Assembly: GCF_963676685.1 (NCBI RefSeq)
Contig: NC_092344.1
Location: 98,642,001 to 98,706,000, forward strand
Direction of reading: 5' to 3'
DNA: 64,000 bases
Origin: Mytilus edulis
Lineage: Eukaryota
Part shown: in pieces, positions 26,001 through 39,800 of the stretch
How the letters are laid out: the number at the start of each line of letters is the position of its first letter
Position numbering within the stretch: the stretch's first letter is position 1
The notes under the pieces: model-generated
The model's database searches: none
Told to the model about the DNA's origin: nothing
What the model saw: the letters and a program-made list of their open reading frames with translations, nothing else
Translations under genes and position numbers: made by a program

Positions 26001-29000
26001 TTCTCTTCAGAAAGCATATAACATGCAAATATTTTGTAGAAAGCAACATATTAATTTTCGTATTTTTGAATCTTTTAATCTTCAATTATTTGGTATTGAA
26101 AAAAATCAAATTTATAAACCAATACTATGTGAGTCCCATTAAAGGACAGTTAAGGTTCAAAAGAGATTCCAAACATGCAGAAATATGCCTGCCTTGAGTC
26201 TCAAGATAAGGGCAATATAATGACTTCCTTTGGTTTATAAGCACTGTTCACTCAAAAAAATTCAGCCCCCCCCCCCCTCCCAAACAGCCTGAGTGTCAAT
26301 ATGTAGGTCTTTTGAGTATATATTTAAGCCTTTTACTTTTCAGTTTTTTATATCATTGTCATTTTCTAGATGTTATATATGTATGCTTGACATTTTTATA
26401 TATTCAGTACATTTTGCTTATAAATGTTCAACTTAATCATTATTCAAGGTACTAATTTAGTGAAATGTGCAGCATTTAATGTGAATCATGTGTTGTTTAC
26501 TCATGTCTTGACAATCCAAATTGACAACACCCTTGTTTTTTTTCTATAAAGGATGAAAAGGTTGGGTTTTTTTAAAAGTTTTTAAGAAACAGTTTTTGAA
26601 AGTTTTATTTCAATTATTTGAACTGTTTTAAACAATGAATTTATACCCAATTTTGCCTCAGCTTTTAATAGATATTCAAAAATAAATTACTCTTTCAAGA
26701 CACTTGCTGTTTTCGTACAACAGATGAAACTACATGCAATGTTGTTTCATTATTGCAAGCTCTCTCAAGATATAATTCATCTGTGCATTTTTGATGTGTA
26801 ACAGCTTAGGAAAAGTGTGGTACAGAGAACTCTATCTGAATACTGGATGTATGTAATAATATTATTACAATAGAAACAAAGACAAATAGAAATGAAGATA
26901 AACTGGTGGGAAAAAACATACATACACTAGTTATGGGTTTGAATATGTGGATTATCTTTTCTGCATTAAATGGTTTATTTATTTTACAGGGGATTAGATT
27001 ACTCCAGACCTTGGCATGGTGACTTTGTAGAGGCTAGAGAAGTCATCAGAGAAAATCTTCACATTTTACATCCTGCTATGATGAAAGTCCTCAACATGTG
27101 CCAGACAACACTGGGAAATATGCTTCTTGCTGACTGTTCTCAGTTCAGGTAAATAACAACATTTGTCAGACAACATTGGGAAATGTGCACCATGTTGACT
27201 GTTCTCTGTTCAGGTAAACAACAACAGATTTAGTTCTTAACCAGTCTGTCAAAATATTAACCATGGTAAAATAATTATCAAAACATGAATTATATCATAA
27301 TTATCTGCAAAAAGTTTCAGCTGCAAATTATAAAAAAAAATGTAAATATGAATGTTATTTCATTTGTCATATTGTTACATGTTCTTGTAGAGGACAAGGA
27401 CCAATAGAATTTGAATCCTTCAGAAATAATGTGACATTAGAAATAGAAAAGACAGAAGAAAAATTGATGAATAGGTTTGTATATATTATATTTAGATATT
27501 TGTCCTTATCACATATTCACAAGAAAGCATTTGACTTTTGTTTATTTGATAACCACAGGGGATGCAGAAGGAACAGAGTGGCTAAAAGGGTTTCTTCCCT
27601 GCAACAGACACATTAATGTGCTGTGGGGGTTGAACAAGTTTTACCATAACTTAGAAAATTACACAGCAATCCTTACAACTATTAGTTATTCATTAGAATT
27701 GCACTTGAATTGATTTTTAGCAGGTTTTCATTCAAATGACCAGATTTGTTCACTATATCATTTTTTTTATAGTAAGATATATATTATATACCAAGAGAGA
27801 AAATGTCATTTTAGTAAACAGATGAAAAGTTTTAGATGGTATTATATATGCTATATTTTTGCCTCAATATTTATCAGATGTGTCATGTTTTCATTGTAGC
27901 TGGTGGCAGGATATTATCCAAATTTTCACAGACAAAACATGTATAGCAGGAGTAAAACCAGATAAAATAGATTCCTTCTATAACAGTGTAACAACACTTA
28001 TCACAAACCAGGTATGTGACAGTAATAATGGAAAATTATCATTGTTAGTACAGATGTAACATTCAAATGCTATTTACTGATTCAGCATTATCATGTGAAA
28101 TGCATTACTTTTTATATTAAAGCCCTTGCAAGTTCTGTCAAGTTGTGTAGGGAATTGTATTTTAACCTCTTTGTCTTTTCTTCAAGTGAATCTGTCATTT
28201 CATTTTGCGTCAGAAAAGATCCTGCATTTTGTATTTGTTTGTTGTTTGGTCTCCTGAAGATAACTGAAGTAGCACTTAACAGAATTTTTTTTTTTCAATT
28301 TTAACATAATGTCAAGGACCATAAACTTCAGGTGATGTAATCCTCAAAAAGTTGATGGTATTCCCTAACTAAAGGAGAAGAAGAAGTAGTGGGATTTTGA
28401 TGGATTTTTGGTATCCATATGTTGACCGAATACTTTTTAGCTCACCTGGCCTAAAAGGCCATGTGAGCTTTTCTCATCACTTGGCGTCCGTCGTCGTCGT
28501 CGTCGTCGTCGTTAACAATTTTTCAAACATCTTCTCCTCTGAAACTACTGAATGGATTTGAATGAAACTTAAGGTCAAGGATCAGTAAATAAACTAGTCC
28601 ATAGATTTTTTTAAAACTTAAAACTCAATTAGATATTGAAAATATACATCAGAAAATGTAAAAAAAAGTATATGTCACCGACTTCGTTTTCAAGAAAAAT
28701 CTATTTTTAAAATGGTCCGAGAGGGTACTAAATTACATTGAATATATAGGGTAAATCTATATTTTTCTTCTACAATTTTCGGTTTCTGGTATAAATCACG
28801 AGAACCGCTCCATAGAATTTTTTTTTAAATTAATATTTTTTTCCTCTTTGTCTTACGAATTAGATGATATTTAGAAAATATATGGTCACCGACTTCGTTT
28901 TCCCTGTAGAAGCGACGCAAACCCAACATTTTGACAAAAAAAAACCATCAAAATTCGTGACGTCGTAATTTTTATTACATAACGTCAAGTTATCATGCTA

Positions 29001-32000
29001 ATACTTTCCAACGTTCTTCGTGTTGATTATGCACGATGACTATGTGTTTCGTATTGATAGATTCTTTTTATCATAAGAGTCTGGATAATTATCATAAATT
29101 TTTATTTAGTATTACCAATATTCTTTATTCTTTATATTTTAGCACCTCATTATAAACTTTTTTTTTCTTTTTTGTATTTTATTCTGCAATTTTTGCCCAT
29201 TATTCTGTATTCCGTAAACCCCAATCAGAACCTCTTTTATTGAACATTTTAAAAGAAATTGTACGTTGTAAAAAATGTGATACATGTATGTTCATTATCA
29301 ATATACATATCTAAATCAATTACTAATTCAGACAAAAATACGTTGTAAGTCACGGTACATGAACGCAAAAAAGGTAAATCTTAAAAATAGAAATCATCAG
29401 GGTTACTGTCTACAAGTTGACGCAATAAAAGATGTAAATGAAGCTATATTTTTTTATGCCCCCTCAACTACCCCTGTACGTCTGTCCGTCCGTCATTCCG
29501 TCTGGCCGCCCGTCCTTCCGTCCGTCCGTCCGTCCCCCTTTATAGTTTATAGTTATTCCGCAAAACATCTACAGTTTGAATCCTAGAACGTACTTTTCTG
29601 TCTGTTTGCATGTGGTCAGGGTTTTGATCTTTATTAATATTTGCTCTAATGAGAGATAGTTGAACTTTGTCATTTTTGGGTAACCAATTCATAAATCTCT
29701 TAGACTATCTTGTAAGTCATCTGTTTACACTTTTTCTCCGTTCCGATATATGATTTGGCCACTTTTTTTAGCAGCGGAACATGTAAAAGCTTGTGTTTTG
29801 GTGCTATATCACGACAGAACGTGTTCTGTCCATATACTGCTTATATAAACAAACATTATATCAATGATTCTACAAATTCGTGAAAGAGTGTCGTGTGGTT
29901 ATTTATACATCTTCAAGTTAACAAGTAAAACACGCAGACAAACTGACATCTTTGTTTATATCTTTTTTGTTCTGTATAAAATTTATTGTATACAAGTCTA
30001 CAAAAACGTTTTAAAAAGTTTACTAAATGGTTATTGTTCCATAAGTGTACATATGTATGCTCGAAGTATATATAGAATCAGTACATGATACACAACATGC
30101 GATAAATAAGGGGGGTAGTAATGACAGGAAACTAAATTAAACTAAGGCTTTGATGAATGTAACTGGAAGTTACATAAGGGGAACAGGAAAATAAGAATAT
30201 ATTGCATCACTTACAACAACCTTTAAATTGACCAGTGATTTTTTATTCATTACTGACCAGCAACACCGAGATAATCCAACGATTTTTAAGGGTCCATATG
30301 AAGTGTGGACCTAAATGTTCTTTATCTTTAGATATAACGCTTATTCTGTAAAATCTTCAATTAACGATTTTGTAAAATTCTGTACATGGTCTACACTATT
30401 ATATTAAATAATTATTTTATTTTCCGTTGTTATTCTTTATAATTTTGCAAACTTTTTTGTTCAATTTTGATATTCGCCGGTATCCGTTGATCTAATTATA
30501 TGTGACAATAAATTATTGTGCTTCTCTCTCTGAATTTCGCTTTCTCTCAAGACATTTGTAGTCTTTGTAGTACAGTGTATTTTCCAGAAAATACATAGTG
30601 TAAAAACATTTCCGAGAAAACCAAATTAACGGAGGTTGAGACATATGACAGATGTACATATTTATGTTTGATATGTCTACAACCCCCCCCCCCCCCCCCC
30701 CCCCAACCGAAAAAAAAACAAGAAAAAAACAATTGCACACAGGCTGAGACATGACTGGTAATATTGTGTTTTGTTATTTAGTCCATCTACACAAATGAGG
30801 GAGGACCTTAAACGGGACTCTGGGCTCGGGTGTTTTTTCAGCACGGGATTTCGGGATTGATCCTTTATGGATCCGGCTATTTTTTTCGAATTTCGGTATG
30901 GCGGGGTTGAAATTTCTATAAATTCGGGACCTCGGGATTTCATGTTTTTAAGTCCAGGATTTCGGGATCAGGACCCCTACACCCCCACCCCCGTCAAATG
31001 CATATCATAAGATGTCTTTTCCTTTTTAATTTTCTTTTGGCCTTGTGTTGTTGTCTGGTTGCTGTCTTATTGAAGTACTGACTACTTACGGGATTTACAA
31101 TTAACTTTAGGTACTGAAAGTCTGTGACACTGTGCATATTTTTCAGTCAGTATATATAGTAGTACTATGATATAGAGGTGATCGATATAATCTCGTTCTC
31201 AACCTTCAAGTTTTATGAGTGAAATAGAATTGAGAACAGTTCTATTGTATATTTGAGATGCTACTTTCAGCTAGGCCTAGGGTACATTTTTTTTATTCTG
31301 TTAATTTTTACACATATATATAACAAATGTCCTTTGAGGAGACAACCGTACGAATCAATACTATTAGGATACTAAGCCCTGTATAAATCTTTAAAACATA
31401 TACTATTTATACATGTATCTATTTAAAGATTTGTGTTCTATTTTTAACATCGAAATTGCGGACGTGAAAGAAAGCACCATTACAAAAACAAAAAACAACG
31501 TTAGATTACAAAATGTAGCGCAATGGATTAATGATCGTGAAACATCATTTTTGCTTATATTTAATTTGGTTTAGTCTAAAAACTGTGTATGAATATTAAA
31601 CTATTGTTCCAACCATGAACAATTGGTTAATTAATTTAAGTGAATTATAGTTTAGTGCCATCTATGACTGACTGACAGCAGCGGCGAATTTATGACCAGT
31701 ATTAGTTTATGTGGTTCATTTCCTTTTCTCTAATTTGAAAATATTTTTACTTGTTCCGACTGTTGTTATAATTTTCAAAATATGGGAGATATTATAGTTT
31801 TACCGTACAATACTAAGTTTTAACTTTAGTATTAATGTCCAAAACTTGCACCCCTTCTGCCTATTTTCTGCTAGACGATGTCTTTTCCCAGTGAATATAG
31901 GGTTTTTGAAAGGACAGTTTTGACATACTACATATAGAATACTTCCGAGACCACACTGTTTTTTCTCATCACAATTATGACGAAATAGTAGTGAGCAACA

Positions 32001-35000
32001 GTTTTCACACTTGTTTTAACTGGTCGGCAGATATACAAACTCTACCATCCTACGTCCTGATTTTCATTTTGAAGATCGTCTTCAGGACTGTTTTCATATT
32101 TATTTTCAATTTTTAATTTTAGAAAAACAAGTTCATTCTCCTAGAAGTAACATACTTTCCGTCAAATTTATCGTTGACGTTGTCCCATCGAAAAGTCGCC
32201 GGGTGCAATTTTAACATTGCAAAATCTGATCAAAGGGACGTAATTCGTACAAAACGTCGCAATATTTCGCGGAATCCGCCAGACGGCGTTCATTTACTGT
32301 TACTTGACCTTAACATGATTGTTCCTTAGTATATCCTGCACAAAATGTGCGCTTCGATTTTTGATCCGTCAAAAAACATGGCCGCCGTTACTTAAAATAG
32401 AACATAGGGGTCAAATGCAGTTTTTGGCTTATATCTCAAAAACGAAAGCATTTAGAGCAAATCTGACATGGGGTAAAAATGTTCATTAGGTCAAGATCTA
32501 TCAGCCCTGAAATTTTCAGATGAATCAAACAAACCATTGTTGGGTTGCTGCCACTTAATTGGTAATTTTAAGGAAATTTTGCAGTTTTTGGTCATTATCT
32601 TGAATATTATTATAGATAAAGATAAACTGTAAACAGCAAAAAAGATCAGCAAAGTAAGATCTACAAATAAGTTAATATGACCAAAATTGTCAATTGACCC
32701 CTTAAGGGGTTATTGTCCTTTAATGACAATTTTTCACAATTTGTTCATCATATTTGGTAACTTTAAAAAATCTTCTCCTCTGAAACTACTGAATGGATTT
32801 GGTTAAAACTTAGCATGGTTGTTCCTTAGATTATCCTGCACAAAGTGTGTGCTTTGATTTTTGATCCGTCAAAAAACATGGCCGCCGTTACTTAAAATAG
32901 AACATAGGGGTCAAATGCAGTTTTTGGCTTATATCTCAAAAACGAAAGCATTAAGAGCAAATCTGACATGGGGTAAAAATGTTCATTAGGTCAAGATCTA
33001 TCAGCCCTGAAATTTTCAGATGAATCAAACATCCAATTGTTGGGTTGCTGCCACTTAATTGGTAATTTTAAGGAAATTTTGCAGTTTTTGGTCATTATCT
33101 TGAATATTATTATAGATAAAGATAAACTGTAAACAGCAAAAAAGATCAGCAAAGTAAGATCTACAAATAAGTTAATATGACCAAAATTGTCAATTGACCC
33201 CTTAAGGGGTTATTGTCCTTTAATGACAATTTTTCACAATTTGTTCATCATATTTGGTAACTTTAAAAAATCTTCTCCTCTGAAACTACTGAATGGATTT
33301 GGTTAAAACTTAGCATGGTTGTTCCTTAGATTATCCTGCACAAAGTGTGTGCTTTGATTTTTGATCCGTAAAAAAACATGGCCGCCGTTACTTAAAATAG
33401 AACATAGCGGTCAAATGCAGTTTTTGGCTTATATCTCAAAAACGAAAGCATTAAGAGCAAATCTGACATGGAGTAAAAATGTTCATTAGGTCAATATCTA
33501 TCAGCCCTGAAATTTTCAGATGAATCAAACATCCAATTGTTGGGTTGCTGCCACTTAATTGGTAATTTTAAGGAAATTTTGCAGTTTTTGGTCATTATCT
33601 TGAATATTATTATAGATAAAGATAAACTGTAAACAGCAAATATGATCAGCAAAGTAAGATCTACAAATAAGTCAAGTTGACCAAAATTGTCAATTGACCT
33701 CTTTAGGAGTTATTGCCCTTTGAAGACTTTTTTCACAATTTGTTCATCATGTTGACTTACTTTAAAAAATCTTCTCTTATGAAACTGCTGTATCAATTTC
33801 AGCCAAACTTAGGCTAAATGAGTTTCAGAGTTTCAGAGTATCTAGTATAAATTTTATATTTCATTTCCTTGTATGTCAAGAAACATAGCTCCTATGGCTA
33901 AAATAGAACATAGGAGAAAATGATTTTTTTTTGCTTTTGAAGAAAATAGGACGATTCAAAGAACATTTAAATAAATTGAAAAGCCAAAATAATCATTGAT
34001 GAGAGATTAAACCAAAAAAATTCAGGTGAGCGATTCAGGCTCTTGAGATCCTCTTGTTTCAATTTAAACACAATGTGATGGACATTTACAGGTCAAGTTT
34101 TATTTTGATAGCAGACATATACTGATGAAAACTTGTTCAAAGCAGAAGTATCTATGATGATGAGATGACTGAATTTTATTTTTTCTTGTCCCTTTTCACT
34201 GATATTGTATTATTACAGCTGAAGGACCTGATAGTGAGATCAATCAATGCCTATGTAGATTTGTTTGATGAAGCTGACCATAGATATCTACCCATCCTCA
34301 AGATGGAGCTGACTTTTGATGATGAGAAGATGCAGTTTTATCCATTGAAGGAAGACTTAGAGGAGACAGTGCTATATGTTGTAGAACAGATCTGTAAATC
34401 TATGCAACAGTTACCTAACATACAACAATGGCTGTCGGGAGCTAGTGCTATCAACATGATGGAGATATCGGTTGCTGATCATATCTTAAAGAAATCTACT
34501 GATAGACTTAAGGAAGCTGTAAAGAGATACTTCAAAGATCCAGAGGATCATCTGGAAACATTTGGTAGATCATTTCTCAAATGTTATAAAATTTAATATT
34601 GTAAATTCAGAAATTATTGCGATTTATTTATTATTGTGAAAAATGCGACAGGGTTATAATCGCATTATTAAAACTCATTTTTGAAATTTTTAATATGAAT
34701 TAAACTATTTATATATCGCGAAAATTTAAATCACATATTAGTCTTAAATGACAAAATTATAATTATAGATGCACACAATAATTTCTGAATTTACAGTAGT
34801 CAAATTGAGAATGGAAACGGGTTATGTGTCAAATAGACAACAACCTGAACAAAGAGCAGAAAAGCACACATCTTTTAAATTAAAATTTTATCTTTTTCAT
34901 GGTAATTGGTATTAATAAATAAATTTTTAATGAAAAGTTTCTTTATAAATAATTGATGGTGTTTTAATTGATAATTTTTATTTTCCAACAGATAATTATT

Positions 35001-36786
35001 TGTTTTTTTTTGTTTCTTACAGTGAAGAGATATGATTACATTGTTAACGGAGAGGCTTTGGCAGAAATCAGAGAATATGTAAAGGAAGAACATACATTTG
35101 CTGAATATCAAATAGTAAGTTTATAGTCATGGTTCTGTACTTTAACAAGACTCTTCATCTCTAGAACTAGTAGTAGTATTTTGTGTCTGTAACTAGTAAA
35201 GAAGACAGTTAATAGTTATAGTTTGGTTAAGTTTTGACATCTGTCTGCACATTATATATGAAACTTAGCTTAAGCCAGTGAATGGATTTGGATTAAACTT
35301 TCAAGAATGAAAGTAAATTATGGCATTTTTTTTACCTTCAAAATAACGTTTTGTTCCATTTTGAAATGTGAACTGTGATATAAAAACCAACGTCTCACTT
35401 TCAAAGCTTGACTCCAGGAGACAATTATTTTATACCATGAGATTATCACATGAGTATATTGTACACCTATGTATGTACGGGAAATTGGCTGATTTCAGGA
35501 TAAAATAATTTTCTCTTTTACAGCAAATTGACAAATACAGAAATTTAGCTTCTGAAATAATGGGTTTACCTAGTATTGAACATTTTGACATGATTCGTCT
35601 TGACTGTGAAGATTTGAAGAGAGGATTGGCAGAAGCATCTAGGGAATTAGCGAATGAGCTCCTCAGGAAGGTGTCTAATGATCACAGAACTGAAAACCAA
35701 GCGTAAGTGTTTTGCGTCCAATACTTTAGTATTAAAATAAATGTTTAAAAATTTTGCCAATTTGCACACATGAAGGTGTGTTATGTAAATATCAATTGCA
35801 ACCAATTTTCTATTCCTTTGTTGTTGTTTTTTTTATACATATATAAAGGAGGGATTTGTAACAGAAAAAACCCATTATAATCCTGAACATTGTACTGAAG
35901 GTAAAATATTTTATATTCTAGGGTCTCTCTTATTTTAAGTTTTGGAATATACTAGTTTTGATGAATATTTTTCTGTATGCAGGGTCTGCAATGAGTTCAA
36001 AGTTATTCGAGACAGAGCTTTGAAAACACCAGAAACCAGTGAAGATCTGATGGAAATGATGACCTTCATTACAAATGCTAGAAATATGGGCATGGTCAAA
36101 CTCAACGATAGGATATCTGAATCCAAAAATAGATTGAAATATTTGATTGATGTGTTTATGTTCCCCCCAGAAGACATTGAACTGAATTGTGAGACACTGA
36201 CATGGCCACAGAGAATAAATCCAGTGTTTGATGCAAACGATGATGTAAGATATCAGAGAAGTAACCTGTGAAAGTACAAATTTCATAGTACACTTTTATT
36301 TATTACTGTTTTCATTGCGTCCTTAAAAGCTTGGAAAAAAAATCTACATTGATGATAAAATACATGTTATATTATACAGTAAAAAATAATGTACCAACAA
36401 CATTTTGACCAACATAAAAAATATTTCTATGTTTAATGGTAAACAGTGAAATTGGGCATTTCAGAATTGAAGGATTTTGGTTATTTCATCTTTTGTCACT
36501 TCATATTAAAAACATAATGTAACTTCATTGCTTGAATTTCTACTTTTCAAGAGTTTTTTTTGCCAATTCAGCGTTTTGGTATATGCTTTGAAAATAATAC
36601 TGAGAATGCCTGATATTCTGAATTATTGCATTGTAAAGTGTAGGGTATGAGAGGTATAGAAATATTAATAGAAAAGTAGAAAACATAAAATGGTAAAATT
36701 CTTAATCATTATTTAGGTAAAATCTGCCATACTATCTGCAATTGTGATTTCTACAGCTGTGTTTAGTGTTTTGTGATTATCATTGC

Positions 36787-36827
<41 letters not shown>

Positions 36828-39800
36828 TTCATTTGTGTTCTAGCTGGTAGAGAAATCTAAACAAGGTGGTGAGAAACAACTCCTAGAGAAGAGAGAGAAG
36901 GTTATATTAGAACTGGAGAAATTACGTGCTAGAGTAGACGAGTTCAATGATTACGGTGAAATGGACATGATGCAACAGTATGTTGGTGATGTCAGAGTCG
37001 TACAGAAAAGATTACAAGAAGTTCAAGAACAGATTACATGGATTAATAAGGTAAGAAAAAGATAAAATTTTATTTCAAATGTTAGAATTTTATATCAACA
37101 TTTGAAATAGTTATTAATTTTAAAAGAATGACTTGAAATTCCAAATTTTTACAGAAAGACATGCTGCAAATATTTTCTTCCTATTAAATTGAGGTTTCAC
37201 TATTAGAAATGATAAGTGCTTAGCAGGACCTAAAAGTTAACACAATGATTTAATAAAGACAAAGAGTAAGACAGGCATATGAACATAAGAGTTGTTTACA
37301 AAAAGAAGTCAACTTACATGTCAATGAATGCTCTAAAACAAAGCTACTTTTTTATGGCTGCTTAATGCCTGCCATGTTCTTTTCATACTTAATTGCATCA
37401 ATTCCTCTTTTTATTTGAACAGGAAGAGGCCCTTTATAAGTATCCCATCTCTACCTATCCAGATGTCAATGACATCACAGTTGCTGTTGATCCATTCCAG
37501 AGGTTGTTTAATGTTGTTCTTAGATGGCAGAAAGCTGAGAAAAAGTTAGTAGATTTTATAGTTACTTCCTAGGAAGATTGATTTTTTTATCCTTAGATGC
37601 ATTTATGAAGTAATTTTTTTTTTACTTTATTATAACAAAAGTTATTAGACACCAATTTATTTGATACACTTTAATAGCAGACCATGAGTATAAGAAGCAA
37701 AACAGCAATGTTGTTCCTTGTACATGTTAACATTAAGGTTAAGGCAGAAACGCTGACCGAGATCAAAACAATATTAGGCAACTGATTTCTGACCATAAAA
37801 GTATTATGTGATGAACTTCATTTCAGTAGTTTTAATTCACTATCAGGGATGGGGAACACAAAAAACTACAAAAGATTAATTTATATCATAATCAAACTTT
37901 GAGGACAAAAAAAGAAGGTATATGATTTAATCTATTCAAATAATGCATGTTCTTCAACACTTTCATATGATATTGGATAAATTTACAAAAAAAAGATAAA
38001 ACTACTTTTACTTTAATAGTACATATTTTCTTTCCCTTGCTTAGATGGATGGATGGAGCATTTTTGGACCTTGATGCTGAACAAGTAGATGGAGAGGTTG
38101 ATGAATTTTCTAGAGAAATTTACAAAATCCAGAAAGTATTTAACCAGAAAGTGAAGAAAATGCAAATGGAAATTGATGAAGTCAACAGGGATAAAAAGAA
38201 GAAGAGACGACTAGCAGAAGATAACGATGGAGAAGTGAATCCTGAGGACCAGGATGTAAAACTGAAGATACCAGAGGGTTTTAATATCTGTAACAATGTT
38301 ATGGATCAAACTAAAGATTTCAAGGTAGATCATTTACTACAGAAGATATTATGATGAAACATAAAACATAACAGTGTTGGACATCTGAATAATTTTACCC
38401 ATCTTTTTATTAAAACTAATTTTCATTTTTTATGATTAAACTTGTATTAAAACTGAAAAAAACGGAAGATGTTTAATATTAAAAAGAAATACAACAGTTT
38501 TTGTGTGTGTGTCATACTAAGTTATATTTATGTCAGTTAAGTTGGTTAAATGTAGTAAAAATTCAAGGAACATCTTTAATTTCAACCACTGTAGATAAGG
38601 CCAAAAAAAAATATATGTCTGTTTCCTGCTTCCAAGGCAAAAAAATCGGGGTCGGTAGGTCGGGATTTTTTTTTTTTTTTTTTAATTTTTTATTATTTTT
38701 GCATTCCCTGTCAGATTTGCAGATGGTTAAATGTCATGTTTGGTTAGGTTCCTGTACCCTAAAATCATTTAATCTCTTTAAAGAAGCTTTAATTGAATAA
38801 TCCTCCCAGTGCCGACATTTTTTAAACCTTGATTGTAGCACATTTGTGTTGGGAGCAGCCATTTTGATTGTTTGGGTATAGTAAAATACGGATCTGGATC
38901 GGACCGGAAACATATTTTTCCGGACCGGAAATGATTTTTTTCCGGAATTGAATAAAAAGATCTAGGGTCGGGGGCTTTGAATCAGGGTCGGTCGGGAAAC
39001 AGGAAACATACATATATTTTTTTTTGGCCTAAATAGGAAGTTCTAATGATTTATCTTGTCAGTATTGTTGATAAGCTTCTTGGCACTTTCAAAGATAATT
39101 GATCTGTTGATAAAAAGTAAAATAGTTTTAATGAGTCTGTTTTTTGTTCTATTATAGGATAATGTGCCAGTGATTGCAATCATGTGTAACAAAGGTATGA
39201 GGGAGCGTCACTGGACAGGTATGTCAAACATTGCTGGCTTTGATATGACACCAGATTCAGGTTCAACGCTCAGAAAAGTCCTCAAGTTAGAACTTGGACC
39301 ACACATGGAGCAGTTTGAAGGAATCAGCGCTGGTGCTTCAAAGGTAATGTCAGATAATAATATAATTACTTTCTAGGTATCAAGGACATGATTTTAAGAA
39401 ATGTACATATGCTTATCATAATGTCCTGTTCATCCACTGTTAGCATGTTAAATATGTATGGAATAATGTCTCTTTTTTTGCCCAAATGATTAGTCCTTTG
39501 AGAAAACATCACCTTCAATCTTTCAAGGAAGGATATAATAGTATTTTAGTTCCCATGGTCATAAATATCAATCTTTATATATTAGCTGATGCAATGTTTT
39601 ATACCAAACAAAATCTTCTGGTTTACCAGCCTATATGAAAGATGGCAGTTCTGCATTACATGTTATCAATATATATAATGAATATATAGAAAGTTGATTT
39701 ATAAGCATTAGATTTTCCCCATTTGATGAGTAGTTCAAAAATAACCTGTAATAATTTTATTACAGGAATTCTCCCTGGAGAAGGCTATGATTAAGATGAA

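Noticed and set aside
30513-30943. Minus-strand ORFs with poly-Gly
   Set aside because: Produced by a poly-C tract inside a non-autonomous transposon.
38185-38260. NLS-like RDKKKKRR followed by an acidic patch in the dynein tail
   Set aside because: A similarly charged insert is recalled in vertebrate DNAH12; no evidence of novelty.
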